Assembly: GCA_902797475.1 (NCBI GenBank)
Contig: CADBTG010000012.1
Span: 1 to 24,138 of the forward strand
DNA length: 24,138 nucleotides
Direction: 5' to 3'
Source of the DNA: an uncultured Lachnospiraceae bacterium
GTDB taxonomy: Bacteria; Bacillota; Clostridia; Lachnospirales; Lachnospiraceae
The position numbers were made by a program, and so were the translations under genes. The notes under the pieces were generated by a model, which worked only from the letters and a program-made list of their open reading frames with translations, ran no database searches and was not told the origin of the DNA. Of this stretch, positions 8,253 to 15,830 are shown piece after piece (within the stretch, counting starts at the first letter, position 1; each line of letters starts with the position of its first letter).

Positions 8253-9046
8253 GCCTTGTCCTTCCGCCTGCTTTGTTTCGCATAAATGATCTGCAATCCC
8301 TTCAACGTCAGGTCGGGATCGTAAACGTCAATCATATCCGTTTCCGCAGAAACGATTCTGCCGAGGCCGCCGGTCGCAACAACCTTCATTTCGGTGAGAC
8401 CGGCCTCCTCCTTTACCTTTTTAATGATATATTCCGTCTGTCCGATGCAACCGTACACAAGACCGGCCTGCATGCTCGAAATCGTGTCGCGCGCAAGGAT
8501 GCTCTTCGGCTTCTCAATCGCGATTTCGGGAAGCTTCGCGGTCTCATTCCACAAGGCATTCGCGCAGATGCGGATGCCGGGGCTCGTGATGCCGGTCTCA
8601 AAGATGCAGCCGGGAAGCACGAGGTCATATGTTGTCGCGGTGCCGAAGTCGATGACCATTACCGGCGAGCCGTACAGTTCATATCCTGCCACGCAGTCGA
8701 CGACGCGGTCCGCGCCGAGTTCCTTCGGGTTGGCCATGTTGATGCGAAGCCCGGTCTTCATGCCTGCCTCAATCACAATCGGGGTTTTGTTCAGGTATTT
8801 GATGATTCCCGAATTCAGGGAATGCATGATTCCGGGAACAACAGACGCAATAATGACGTCCGCAAGACCGTCCGGATCAAAACCGGAGCCCGAAAGAAGC
8901 GAACGGATCCATACGCCGAATTCGTCGCTCGTTCTCTGCATCTTCGTCGTCATGCGGAAGGTTTTCAAAATCTCCTCGCCGCGGAAGATTCCGAACGTAA
9001 TATTCGTATTTCCCACATCGATTCCGAGTAAAATGTCCTTTTTCAT
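8249..9046 (-). CDS. coaX: Type III pantothenate kinase
   Basis: 'IDVGNTN', 'ASVVP', 'ELGADR', 'IDFGTATT', 'PGI', 'SMQAG', 'ATGG'. 4-nt overlap with dusB. Confidence 0.96.
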   Translation of the reverse strand: MKKDILLGIDVGNTNITFGIFRGEEILKTFRMTTKMQRTSDEFGVWIRSLLSGSGFDPDGLADVIIASVVPGIMHSLNSGIIKYLNKTPIVIEAGMKTGLRINMANPKELGADRVVDCVAGYELYGSPVMVIDFGTATTYDLVLPGCIFETGITSPGIRICANALWNETAKLPEIAIEKPKSILARDTISSMQAGLVYGCIGQTEYIIKKVKEEAGLTEMKVVATGGLGRIVSAETDMIDVYDPDLTLKGLQIIYAKQSRRKDKA

Positions 9047-9384
9047 GCTTCTGCCTCCGGGTCAAGTCCGAGAAAGAATACCTTAAAGTACAGCTCTAAG
9101 GATTCCCACAGTTCCTGTTCTTCGTTCCGAATCTTCTTAATCTCGAGTGCGCTTCCGATTTCGTCGAACGCGGGATCGCCTTCGTTCGCCGAAACGTTGA
9201 AAAGAAGCGTTCCTTCCTCGTCGAATTCAAGCATCAGTCTTCCGCCGACCTTCTCGGTAAAGAACACGCAGATAATCTTCAGTCGGTCCTTTACGTCCTT
9301 GGGAAGATTCTCGAAATCCGGATTCAGGTAGAACAGTTTTTCATATGCGCTTGCTCCGCAGAGCACAACCTTATCCTGATACAT
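9043..9384 (-). CDS. DUF6145 family protein
   Basis: 113 aa, '[42 protein letters not shown]...[12 protein letters not shown]...[13 protein letters not shown]', recognised from memory as this Clostridia family. Overlaps its neighbours. Confidence 0.75.
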   Translation of the reverse strand: MYQDKVVLCGASAYEKLFYLNPDFENLPKDVKDRLKIICVFFTEKVGGRLMLEFDEEGTLLFNVSANEGDPAFDEIGSALEIKKIRNEEQELWESLELYFKVFFLGLDPEAEA

Positions 9385-10385
9385 TACGAGAGCTCCTCCT
9401 CGGAAAGCGTAGCAAACATAACCGCCTTAATTGTATGCATGCGGTTCTCCGCCTCGTCAAATACCTTGCTGTAGTTCGATTCGAATACCTCGTCGGTGAC
9501 TTCCATCTCGTTAAGACCGAACTTCTCACTGATGGTCTTGCCGATGCCGGTGTTCAGGTCATGGAAGCTCGGCAGACAGTGTAAGAAGATGGCATTTTCC
9601 GAAGCATTCTCCATGCACTTCATGTTAACCTGGTAAGGAAGCAGGTCATGGATTCTCTCGTTCCAAACCTCGTCCGGCTCACCCATCGATACCCATACGT
9701 CGGTCGAGATGACGTCGGCGCCCCTGGTTCCTTCCGTCACGTCTTCGGTAAATGTGAGCGTTGCCCCGGAAGCCTTTGCGTACTCTTCGCAGGTCTTTCT
9801 GAGATCTTCGTTCGGCCAGTATTTCTTCGGCGCGCAGCATACAAAATGCAGTCCGAGCTTGCTGCAAACGATCATCAGAGAGTTGCCGGTATTGTAGCGG
9901 GCGTCACCGAGATAGGCAAACTTAATGCCCTTCAGGTAACCGAAATGATCCCGAACGGTAAGCATGTCGGCAAGCATCTGCGTCGGATGATACTCGTTCG
10001 TCAGGCCGTTCCAAACCGGAACGCCCGAATCCTTCGCAAGCGTCTCCACAATCTCCTGACCGTAGCCGCGGTACTCGATGCCGTCGAACATTCTGCCGAG
10101 CACTCTCGCGGTGTCGGCAATGCTCTCCTTCTTTCCGATCTGGGATGCGGACGGATCCAGATAGGTCGTCCCCATTCCGAGGTCATGCGCGGCAACTTCA
10201 AACGAGCAGCGCGTTCTTGTGCTCGTCTTCTCGAAAATCAAAGCAATGTTCTTGCCTTCACAGCCGGAAACATGAATGCGCTTCCTCTTTCTGGCGCGAA
10301 GCTCCTCGGCAAGATCAAGAAGCCCGATGATCTCCTCGGGCGTAAAATCCTTAAGCGTTAAAAAAGATCTTCCTTTCAAATTCAT
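9384..10385 (-). CDS. argF: Ornithine carbamoyltransferase
   Basis: 'FEKTSTRTR', 'HPTQ', 'TDVWVSMG', 'HCLP', '[11 protein letters not shown]'. The start at 10385 fits the GGAGG spacing better than 10394. The anabolic versus catabolic (arcB) role cannot be settled from sequence alone. Confidence 0.93.
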   Translation of the reverse strand: MNLKGRSFLTLKDFTPEEIIGLLDLAEELRARKRKRIHVSGCEGKNIALIFEKTSTRTRCSFEVAAHDLGMGTTYLDPSASQIGKKESIADTARVLGRMFDGIEYRGYGQEIVETLAKDSGVPVWNGLTNEYHPTQMLADMLTVRDHFGYLKGIKFAYLGDARYNTGNSLMIVCSKLGLHFVCCAPKKYWPNEDLRKTCEEYAKASGATLTFTEDVTEGTRGADVISTDVWVSMGEPDEVWNERIHDLLPYQVNMKCMENASENAIFLHCLPSFHDLNTGIGKTISEKFGLNEMEVTDEVFESNYSKVFDEAENRMHTIKAVMFATLSEEELS

Positions 10386-10403
10386 GATATACATTCCTCC
10401 TGA

Positions 10404-11165
10404 TTAATATTCCACTCTTTGAAGCGTCAGCCCGTGCGCCGGTGCCGTCGGCCCCGCAAGCGCCCTGTCCGCTCCGCCAAGAATTGATTTCATTTCACCC
10501 GGCTCGCGCTTGCCTTCTCCGATCTCCAAAAGCGTCCCGGTCAGAATCCTGACCATGTTCGGCAGGAATCCGTTTCCGGAAAATGCGATGGCAATCTCCG
10601 GGAAAGCCGTCTCCCCTTCCTTTCGGACCGTTTCGGAAAAGGTAATGTCATATATCGTACGAACCGTTGATTTCTTGTAGTGCCGGTTCCCGAGAAAGCT
10701 TCGGAAATCATGCTCGCCGATCAGGCATTCCGCGGCCTTTCTCATTGCCTTAAGGTCAAGTTCCTCCGGATGCCACAAAACATATTGGCGTCCGAAAACC
10801 GGTCGGAGCCTTCCCGTCACGATCCGATAGCAGTACGTCTTTCGCTTGGCGTTAAGCCTTGCGTGAAAGCGCGCATCGGTCATGCGGCAGTCGGTCACGA
10901 CAATGTCCTTCGGCAGGAATGCGTTCATCTTCTCCATGACCTTATCAGGCCCGAGATCAGTGTCCGCCGCAAAGCTTGCAACCTGTCCGACGGCATGCAC
11001 GCCCGCATCGGTCCGGCCGGAGCCCTGAACTTCAATCTCCTGCTCGAACAGCTTCGAAAGCATCGTCTCGACTCTGCCCTGAATCGTATTGTCCGTGTTT
11101 CCCTGCTTCTGCCAGCCGTCGTAACGGCTTCCGTCATACTGCAGCGTAATGCGAAAATGCTTCAT
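10404..11165 (-). CDS. truA: tRNA pseudouridine(38-40) synthase
   Basis: 'YDGSRYDGWQKQ', catalytic 'SGRTDAGVHA', 'FHAR', 'HDFRSF', 'GFLPNMVRIL.G', 'APAHGLTL..VEY'. Confidence 0.96.
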   Translation of the reverse strand: MKHFRITLQYDGSRYDGWQKQGNTDNTIQGRVETMLSKLFEQEIEVQGSGRTDAGVHAVGQVASFAADTDLGPDKVMEKMNAFLPKDIVVTDCRMTDARFHARLNAKRKTYCYRIVTGRLRPVFGRQYVLWHPEELDLKAMRKAAECLIGEHDFRSFLGNRHYKKSTVRTIYDITFSETVRKEGETAFPEIAIAFSGNGFLPNMVRILTGTLLEIGEGKREPGEMKSILGGADRALAGPTAPAHGLTLQRVEY

Positions 11166-11199
11166 TTCGGCTCCTTTTGGAAATAATAAGACATTTTAC

Positions 11200-11228
11200 A
11201 TCATAGCACATTCTCTGAAAAATGTGAA
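11200..11228 (-). promoter_or_regulatory. Sigma-A-type promoter for the truA-argF-DUF6145-coaX-dusB-lipoprotein run
   Basis: Minus strand TTCACA (11228-11223), N17, TATGAT (11205-11200), with an extended -10 TG. Confidence 0.65.
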
Positions 11229-11255
11229 ACTTTTTTAGATTTCGCCCCTTCATTC

Positions 11256-11284
11256 TTTACACTAAGGCCTAAAATCAGTATAAT
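11256..11284 (+). promoter_or_regulatory. Sigma-A-type promoter for the VTC-DUF4956-CotH operon
   Basis: TTTACA (11256-11261), N17, TATAAT (11279-11284); near consensus. Confidence 0.75.
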
Positions 11285-11342
11285 ATAAAGAAGCTGCCGA
11301 AACGACATTGGTTTCGGAAATACCTGTTTCAAGGCGGTATTC

Positions 11343-12077
11343 ATGGGAATCAAACGATACGAGAATCCTTATAAAGACCGACCCAAGAGGCACGAGATCA
11401 AAATCCTTCTTTCGTATCCGAAATACGTCGAACTGCGGGCAAGAGTCACCGGCATTCTGACGCCGGATCCGCACATGCCGGGCCCCGAAGGCTATCTGAT
11501 TCGAAGCGTCTATATGGACACGCTTCGGGACGACGGTTATTACGAGAAGGACAGCGGCGTGCAGCATCGGGACAAATACCGGATGCGGGCCTATAACGGT
11601 GATGATTCGTTCATCGTTCTCGAAAACAAAGAAAAAATCGACGACCGCATCTGTAAGACATCCGTCCGGATTTCAAGAGCGGATTATGACGCGGTCCTGC
11701 AGGGCGATTTCTCGGTTTTCGAGAAGAGGGAGGAAGCGCTTCCACAGGAAATCCTTGCGCTCCACCGCGCGCACGGACTGACGCCGAAGGTCATCGTCGA
11801 GTACTACCGGGAGGCCTTCACGCATCCGCTTTCGATGGTGCGTGTGACATTTGACAGAATGGTGGCCGCCGGCATGAATACGCTTGACATGTTTGATGAG
11901 AAGCTTGTCACGTCCCCTGTTTTTGATAAGCGGGAGGTCATTCTCGAAATCAAATACGACGATGCTTTTCCGATGTATCTGAAGCAGCTGCTTCAAAACA
12001 ACGGCATTCGTCTTGCGGTATCCAAATATGTCATTTGCCGCGATAAGTTAAAACAAAACTATATCTGTTTACAATAA
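11343..12077 (+). CDS. Polyphosphate polymerase (VTC) domain protein, CYTH/TTM superfamily
   Basis: N-terminal ExK motif 'RHEIK', then 'IRSVYMDT', 'EKDSGVQHRDKYRMRAY', 'LENKEK', 'PKVIVEYYREAF', 'RVTFDR', 'VILEIKY', 'SKYVIC'. No signal peptide or TM helix, so cytoplasmic. Confidence 0.88.
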   Translation: MGIKRYENPYKDRPKRHEIKILLSYPKYVELRARVTGILTPDPHMPGPEGYLIRSVYMDTLRDDGYYEKDSGVQHRDKYRMRAYNGDDSFIVLENKEKIDDRICKTSVRISRADYDAVLQGDFSVFEKREEALPQEILALHRAHGLTPKVIVEYYREAFTHPLSMVRVTFDRMVAAGMNTLDMFDEKLVTSPVFDKREVILEIKYDDAFPMYLKQLLQNNGIRLAVSKYVICRDKLKQNYICLQ

Positions 12078-12087
12078 AGGAGCCGAT

Positions 12088-12750
12088 ATGTCTGATTACA
12101 TTACCGAAATCAAAAACCTGATGGGACAGGCCGATTCCCTGAGCAGCACGACGCCGGCGGAAATCATCGCGTGCCTGACCTTTACCATCATCTGTGCAGC
12201 CGTCATCTACTGCGTCTACCGTTTCTTCTACCGGGGCGCCAGCTACAGCGAAAACTTCGCCGTGCTTCTCGTATTGGTGACGCTGATTACCGCCATGATC
12301 ATTCTGACCATCAGCTCAAGCGTGGCGCTTTCGCTCGGCACAATCGGTGCACTGAGCATCATCCGCTTCCGTTCGGCCGTGAAGGATCCCCTCGATGTGG
12401 GATTTCTGTTTTGGGCGGTTGTGGCAGGTCTGACGACTGGCTCCGGCATGGTTCCGTTCGCCCTGATCGGTTCCGCCTTCATCGCCGTCGTTTACATCCT
12501 GATGAACTTCATCCGCACCTCGAGAGGCACGTACCTGCTTGTCATCCGCTACGAGGACAAGGCGCAGGAAGAGGTTGATAAGAAGGTTGCCGAACTGAAG
12601 GGCAGACTGAAGAACAAGACACTTTACAAGAACGAAACCGAACTTACCGTGCAGATTCGTTTCCGCGGCACCGATACGGGCTTTTTAAAGGAGCTGCAGG
12701 CTGTTGACGGCGTCAGCAACACGGTATTGGTGGAGTTCACCGGTGAATAA
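12088..12750 (+). CDS. DUF4956 domain membrane protein
   Basis: Several hydrophobic helices with 'ALSLGTIGALSIIRFRSAVKDPLDVGFLFWAVVAGLTTGSG' (DUF4956 signature), then a soluble ACT-like C-terminal segment. RBS AGGAG, 10 nt after the VTC stop. Confidence 0.85.
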   Translation: MSDYITEIKNLMGQADSLSSTTPAEIIACLTFTIICAAVIYCVYRFFYRGASYSENFAVLLVLVTLITAMIILTISSSVALSLGTIGALSIIRFRSAVKDPLDVGFLFWAVVAGLTTGSGMVPFALIGSAFIAVVYILMNFIRTSRGTYLLVIRYEDKAQEEVDKKVAELKGRLKNKTLYKNETELTVQIRFRGTDTGFLKELQAVDGVSNTVLVEFTGE

Positions 12751-12789
12751 AGGAATGCTTTTTGAAGATTACTTCCACGGAGGGAGACT

Positions 12790-15213
12790 ATGAAGAAAAA
12801 GACACTGATTATCATATGCTCGGCGGTTCTGGTCGTCGGCATCATCATCGCCGCGGTGATTATCTTTAACAGAGAGAAGCCCGCAACGCCCCAGCCGGTT
12901 CCGCCCGGACAGCAGACCGAGCCGGACCGCGACGAGCCCGGGACAAAGGTGACGCCGCCTGTCGATTACGGCGATGAAGAGGACAAGTTCACATTTACCG
13001 ATGAGATGGGCGATTTGATGTTCTCCCACAATCAGTACTTCTATGAAGAGGGCATCTACGTCCGCATCTATTCCCGTAACGGCGGAACCATCCGGTATAC
13101 CGTTAACGGCGAGACGCCGACCGAGAAGTCTTCCGCCTATGCTCCCGGCAAGGGAATCTTTCTTGCCGCTTCCACGACGGATGACCCGAAGGTTCATACG
13201 ATACACGCCAAGGCGTTTTATGAGGATGGTACCAGCTCCGACGAGCTGGTTCACAGCTATCTGATCGGGCGCGACGTAGCGAGCCGGTACGATAATCTGC
13301 TGATCTTCTGCATTTCCGGAAATCCTGCGGATCTGACAGGTTCGCCGAACGGCATCTTCTTCGGCAACAACTACGAGCTTCGCGGCAAAAAGAGCGAGCG
13401 TCCCGTTTACGTCGAAGTGCTGAACCGCTCCGGCGAGAAGATTACGGAGCAGAAACTCGGCGTCCGCATCAACGGCGGTTACAACCGTCAGTTCTCGCAG
13501 AAGTCCATGAAATTCTTTGCCCGTAAGAGCTACTCTCCGAACGAAGGCACGGCATATCTGAACTGCTTCAACCTTCTTGCGGAGGACGGCAGCCAGATTG
13601 TCCGCTATGACAAATTCGTGCTCCGCGCCAGCGGCAATGATTTCCGCTTTGCATTTGTCAGAGACGAGCTGAACCAGATGCTCGCAGCCGATGCCGGCTT
13701 CAGCGATTACGAACCGGTCTTCCCGGCTGTTGCTTACATGAACGGACAGTATTTCGGCTTCTATTGGCTCCACGGCGCTTATTGCGACGAGTTCTTCAAA
13801 AACCGTTACGGTGACAGCCCCGCAAGGAAGGCTGCGAACGGTGAAAAATGCGACGAGGGCGAATTCATTGTTCTCGCCGGAACCGATACCGAGAAAGAAC
13901 TTGACGAAGAAGACGAAGACGAAGCAAAGATTGCCGAAGAGTTCAACAAGACCTACGAGGAATTCTCGAAGAAGGATCTCCGCAACGAGGCCGAATACCG
14001 CAAGCTCCGCGCGTGGATGGATGTGGAGAATTATCTCGATTACATGGCTTATAACATCTATCTGTGCAATCAGGACTGGCCGAACAACAACGTCCGCTGC
14101 TACCGTTATTTTCCGACAGCAGGCGAGTCCTTCGGCGAGGCTCCGTATGACGGACGGTGGAGATATCTCCTGCACGACATCGACTATACCTACGGTCTTT
14201 ACGGACAGCAGGAAGTATTGAACTCCTATGATACGTTAAAACAGGTGCTTTCCTCTCCCGGTCCGCGCCGTTCCCCGCTTTTTGCAGCTTTGATGGAGCG
14301 TGCGGATTGCCGCGAGTACTTCATCCGGAAATCGCTTGACTACGGTGCCGGCGCGCTTTCCTACGGAAATGTTTGCGCGAAGCTTGACGCCGCAATAAGA
14401 AGCCGCGAAAAGGAAATGGATTACTACTACGCTTACCTGACGTCACTCGGAAAACCCGATGTTTCCTGGGTCAGAAAGAACCAGTACGCATCGAACCTTC
14501 AGTCCATCCGGGATTTCGCAGAGCGCAGAGCCGACCGTTCCGCCGATTATCTGAAATTCAACCTGAATCTGAAGGGTGAAAAGTATTGGATCAACGCTGT
14601 CGGTGCCGACGGCGCAAAGCTCGTAATCGGAAGCTTCACCGCCAAGGAAGGCGCCGGCGTCAACGGCGTATACTTCACCGATTACGCCGTGAAGGTATCC
14701 GCCGAATACAAACTCGGCAAAGCCTTCGATTATTGGGAAGTGAACGGCAATAAAGTGACGACCGAAACGCTGAGCATCACCAAAGCATCCCTCAAGGACG
14801 GCCGTGTTTCGATTGCGCTTCACGTAAAGGATGTTCCGGTTGACAAGGTTTTGATTTCGGAATTCTGCGCCCGCGATGACGATTCCGTTGTGCTCACGAA
14901 CTATTCGACGTCGGACATCTCCTTAAAGGGCTACATCCTTTCCGACGGCACCTACGACTATCCTTTCGAGGACGGCGACGTGATCAAGGCCGGAGACAGC
15001 ATTGTCATCTACGGCAACAACACCGACACCGATGCGGCATCCGAAAGGAAGGCCATCTTCAACCTTTCCGAGGGTGAGACCGTTATCTTGAAAAATGCCA
15101 CCGGCACCGTCGTGGATTCCGCATACGTTCCGAATCCGCACACCGGTTTTTACTTTAAGAGAAACCTCTTCACAATGAAATTTGAAGAGGTTCCGCAAGG
15201 CAAAGACAATTAG
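12790..15213 (+). CDS. Membrane-anchored CotH-family atypical kinase with an Fn3_assoc/CHB_HEX-like domain and a C-terminal lamin tail domain
   Basis: N-terminal TM anchor (MKKKTLIIICSAVLVVGIIIAAVIIF) and Pro-rich linker. 'IRYTVNGETPTEKSSAY' (Fn3_assoc). CotH motifs 'GGYNRQFSQKSMK', 'LRASGND', 'RDEL', 'NGQYFGFY', 'DWPNNN' (D429), 'WRYLLHDIDYTYG' (D463/D465). LTD 'VLISEF...ISLKGYILSD...FNLSEGETVILKNATGTVVDS'. Confidence 0.87.
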   Translation: MKKKTLIIICSAVLVVGIIIAAVIIFNREKPATPQPVPPGQQTEPDRDEPGTKVTPPVDYGDEEDKFTFTDEMGDLMFSHNQYFYEEGIYVRIYSRNGGTIRYTVNGETPTEKSSAYAPGKGIFLAASTTDDPKVHTIHAKAFYEDGTSSDELVHSYLIGRDVASRYDNLLIFCISGNPADLTGSPNGIFFGNNYELRGKKSERPVYVEVLNRSGEKITEQKLGVRINGGYNRQFSQKSMKFFARKSYSPNEGTAYLNCFNLLAEDGSQIVRYDKFVLRASGNDFRFAFVRDELNQMLAADAGFSDYEPVFPAVAYMNGQYFGFYWLHGAYCDEFFKNRYGDSPARKAANGEKCDEGEFIVLAGTDTEKELDEEDEDEAKIAEEFNKTYEEFSKKDLRNEAEYRKLRAWMDVENYLDYMAYNIYLCNQDWPNNNVRCYRYFPTAGESFGEAPYDGRWRYLLHDIDYTYGLYGQQEVLNSYDTLKQVLSSPGPRRSPLFAALMERADCREYFIRKSLDYGAGALSYGNVCAKLDAAIRSREKEMDYYYAYLTSLGKPDVSWVRKNQYASNLQSIRDFAERRADRSADYLKFNLNLKGEKYWINAVGADGAKLVIGSFTAKEGAGVNGVYFTDYAVKVSAEYKLGKAFDYWEVNGNKVTTETLSITKASLKDGRVSIALHVKDVPVDKVLISEFCARDDDSVVLTNYSTSDISLKGYILSDGTYDYPFEDGDVIKAGDSIVIYGNNTDTDAASERKAIFNLSEGETVILKNATGTVVDSAYVPNPHTGFYFKRNLFTMKFEEVPQGKDN

Positions 15214-15215
15214 AT

Positions 15216-15608
15216 TTACAGAATCAGATAAACCGCTGAAATGAGAAGCTCCGCGACGCATGCCAGGCATGCCGGCACGGAGCTTTTCTTTTTTTCGGAG
15301 ACATATTCCGCAAGGAAGCACACCGTGTCACACAGAACAACAAACGGCGCGTAAACCCTGCCGCATTTCTTATAAATGACCAGATACAAAGCCCCCATGG
15401 AGAAAGCGGAAACAAATACACTTGCGACTCTGTGCTGCATGACGGACGCATTTACCGAAGGTCCCATGACATACTTCCAAAAGGCTTTCTCCACGTAAGG
15501 CGTAAGCATCAGAAAAGACAGCCCGAGCAGAATGCCCGAAAGGACCCGGTTCCCCGTATAGCAAAATATAAGACCGAACAGATTCAGTGCCGCAATGAAA
15601 AATGCCAT
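15216..15608 (-). CDS. Small hypothetical membrane protein (about 4 TM helices)
   Basis: 130 aa, mostly hydrophobic, with RBS AAAGGGG and its own promoter-like signal upstream. No family recognised. Confidence 0.65.
   Translation of the reverse strand: MAFFIAALNLFGLIFCYTGNRVLSGILLGLSFLMLTPYVEKAFWKYVMGPSVNASVMQHRVASVFVSAFSMGALYLVIYKKCGRVYAPFVVLCDTVCFLAEYVSEKKKSSVPACLACVAELLISAVYLIL
15246..15295 (+). terminator. Probable intrinsic terminator of the VTC-DUF4956-CotH operon, lying inside the convergent gene
   Basis: Outer stem AAGCTCCG (15246-15253) / CGGAGCTT (15278-15285), inner stem GCATGC-CAG-GCATGC, followed by TTCTTTTTTT. It starts 33 nt after the CotH stop. Confidence 0.55.
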
Positions 15609-15639
15609 AGATGCCCCTTTCTATAATCTCCCCAGGTTA

Positions 15640-15668
15640 ATAATAGCAAAGGGGTACAGGCTTTTCAA
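15640..15668 (-). promoter_or_regulatory. Sigma-A-type promoter of the small membrane protein gene
   Basis: Minus strand TTGAAA (15668-15663), N17, TATTAT (15645-15640), with an extended -10 TG. Confidence 0.6.
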
Positions 15669-15675
15669 ATATCCG

Positions 15676-15708
15676 TTGATGAACGACATATTTTTTTGAT
15701 GAACGACA
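15676..15708. repeat. 13-bp exact direct repeat, candidate activator site
   Basis: TTGATGAACGACA at 15676-15688 and 15696-15708 (20-nt period), 7 nt upstream of the -35 at 15663-15668. Confidence 0.8.
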
Positions 15709-15761
15709 CTAAAATATTGAAAAAGCGCTTTTTTTGCGAATATTATTATATTTTTGCATGC

Positions 15762-15795
15762 AAAAAAAGTGAGCCGCCTGATGCGACTCACTTTT
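15762..15795 (-). terminator. Intrinsic terminator of the nadD-yqeK / trigger-factor-like operon
   Basis: Minus strand GTGAGTCGC-ATCAG-GCGGCTCAC followed by T7, about 35 nt after the stop at 15831. Confidence 0.85.
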
Positions 15796-15830
15796 CGTTT
15801 TCAATTCTTTTTTAAGAAGCAGAAGCCTCT

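Noticed and set aside
3094-10361. Plus-strand ORFs of 100-290 aa opposite asd, the lipoproteins, dusB, coaX and argF
   Set aside because: All are shadows of motif-supported minus-strand genes, with no independent coding evidence.
11190-11262. PhoP box upstream of the VTC operon (two TTTACA hexamers)
   Set aside because: The hexamers are 61 nt apart rather than the 11-nt period of a Pho box, and one of them is simply the -35 element.
12769-14175. 468-aa ORF antisense to the CotH gene
   Set aside because: It is a shadow ORF: it lies opposite a well-supported gene, has no recognisable motifs, and GC-rich third positions in the real gene suppress antisense stops.
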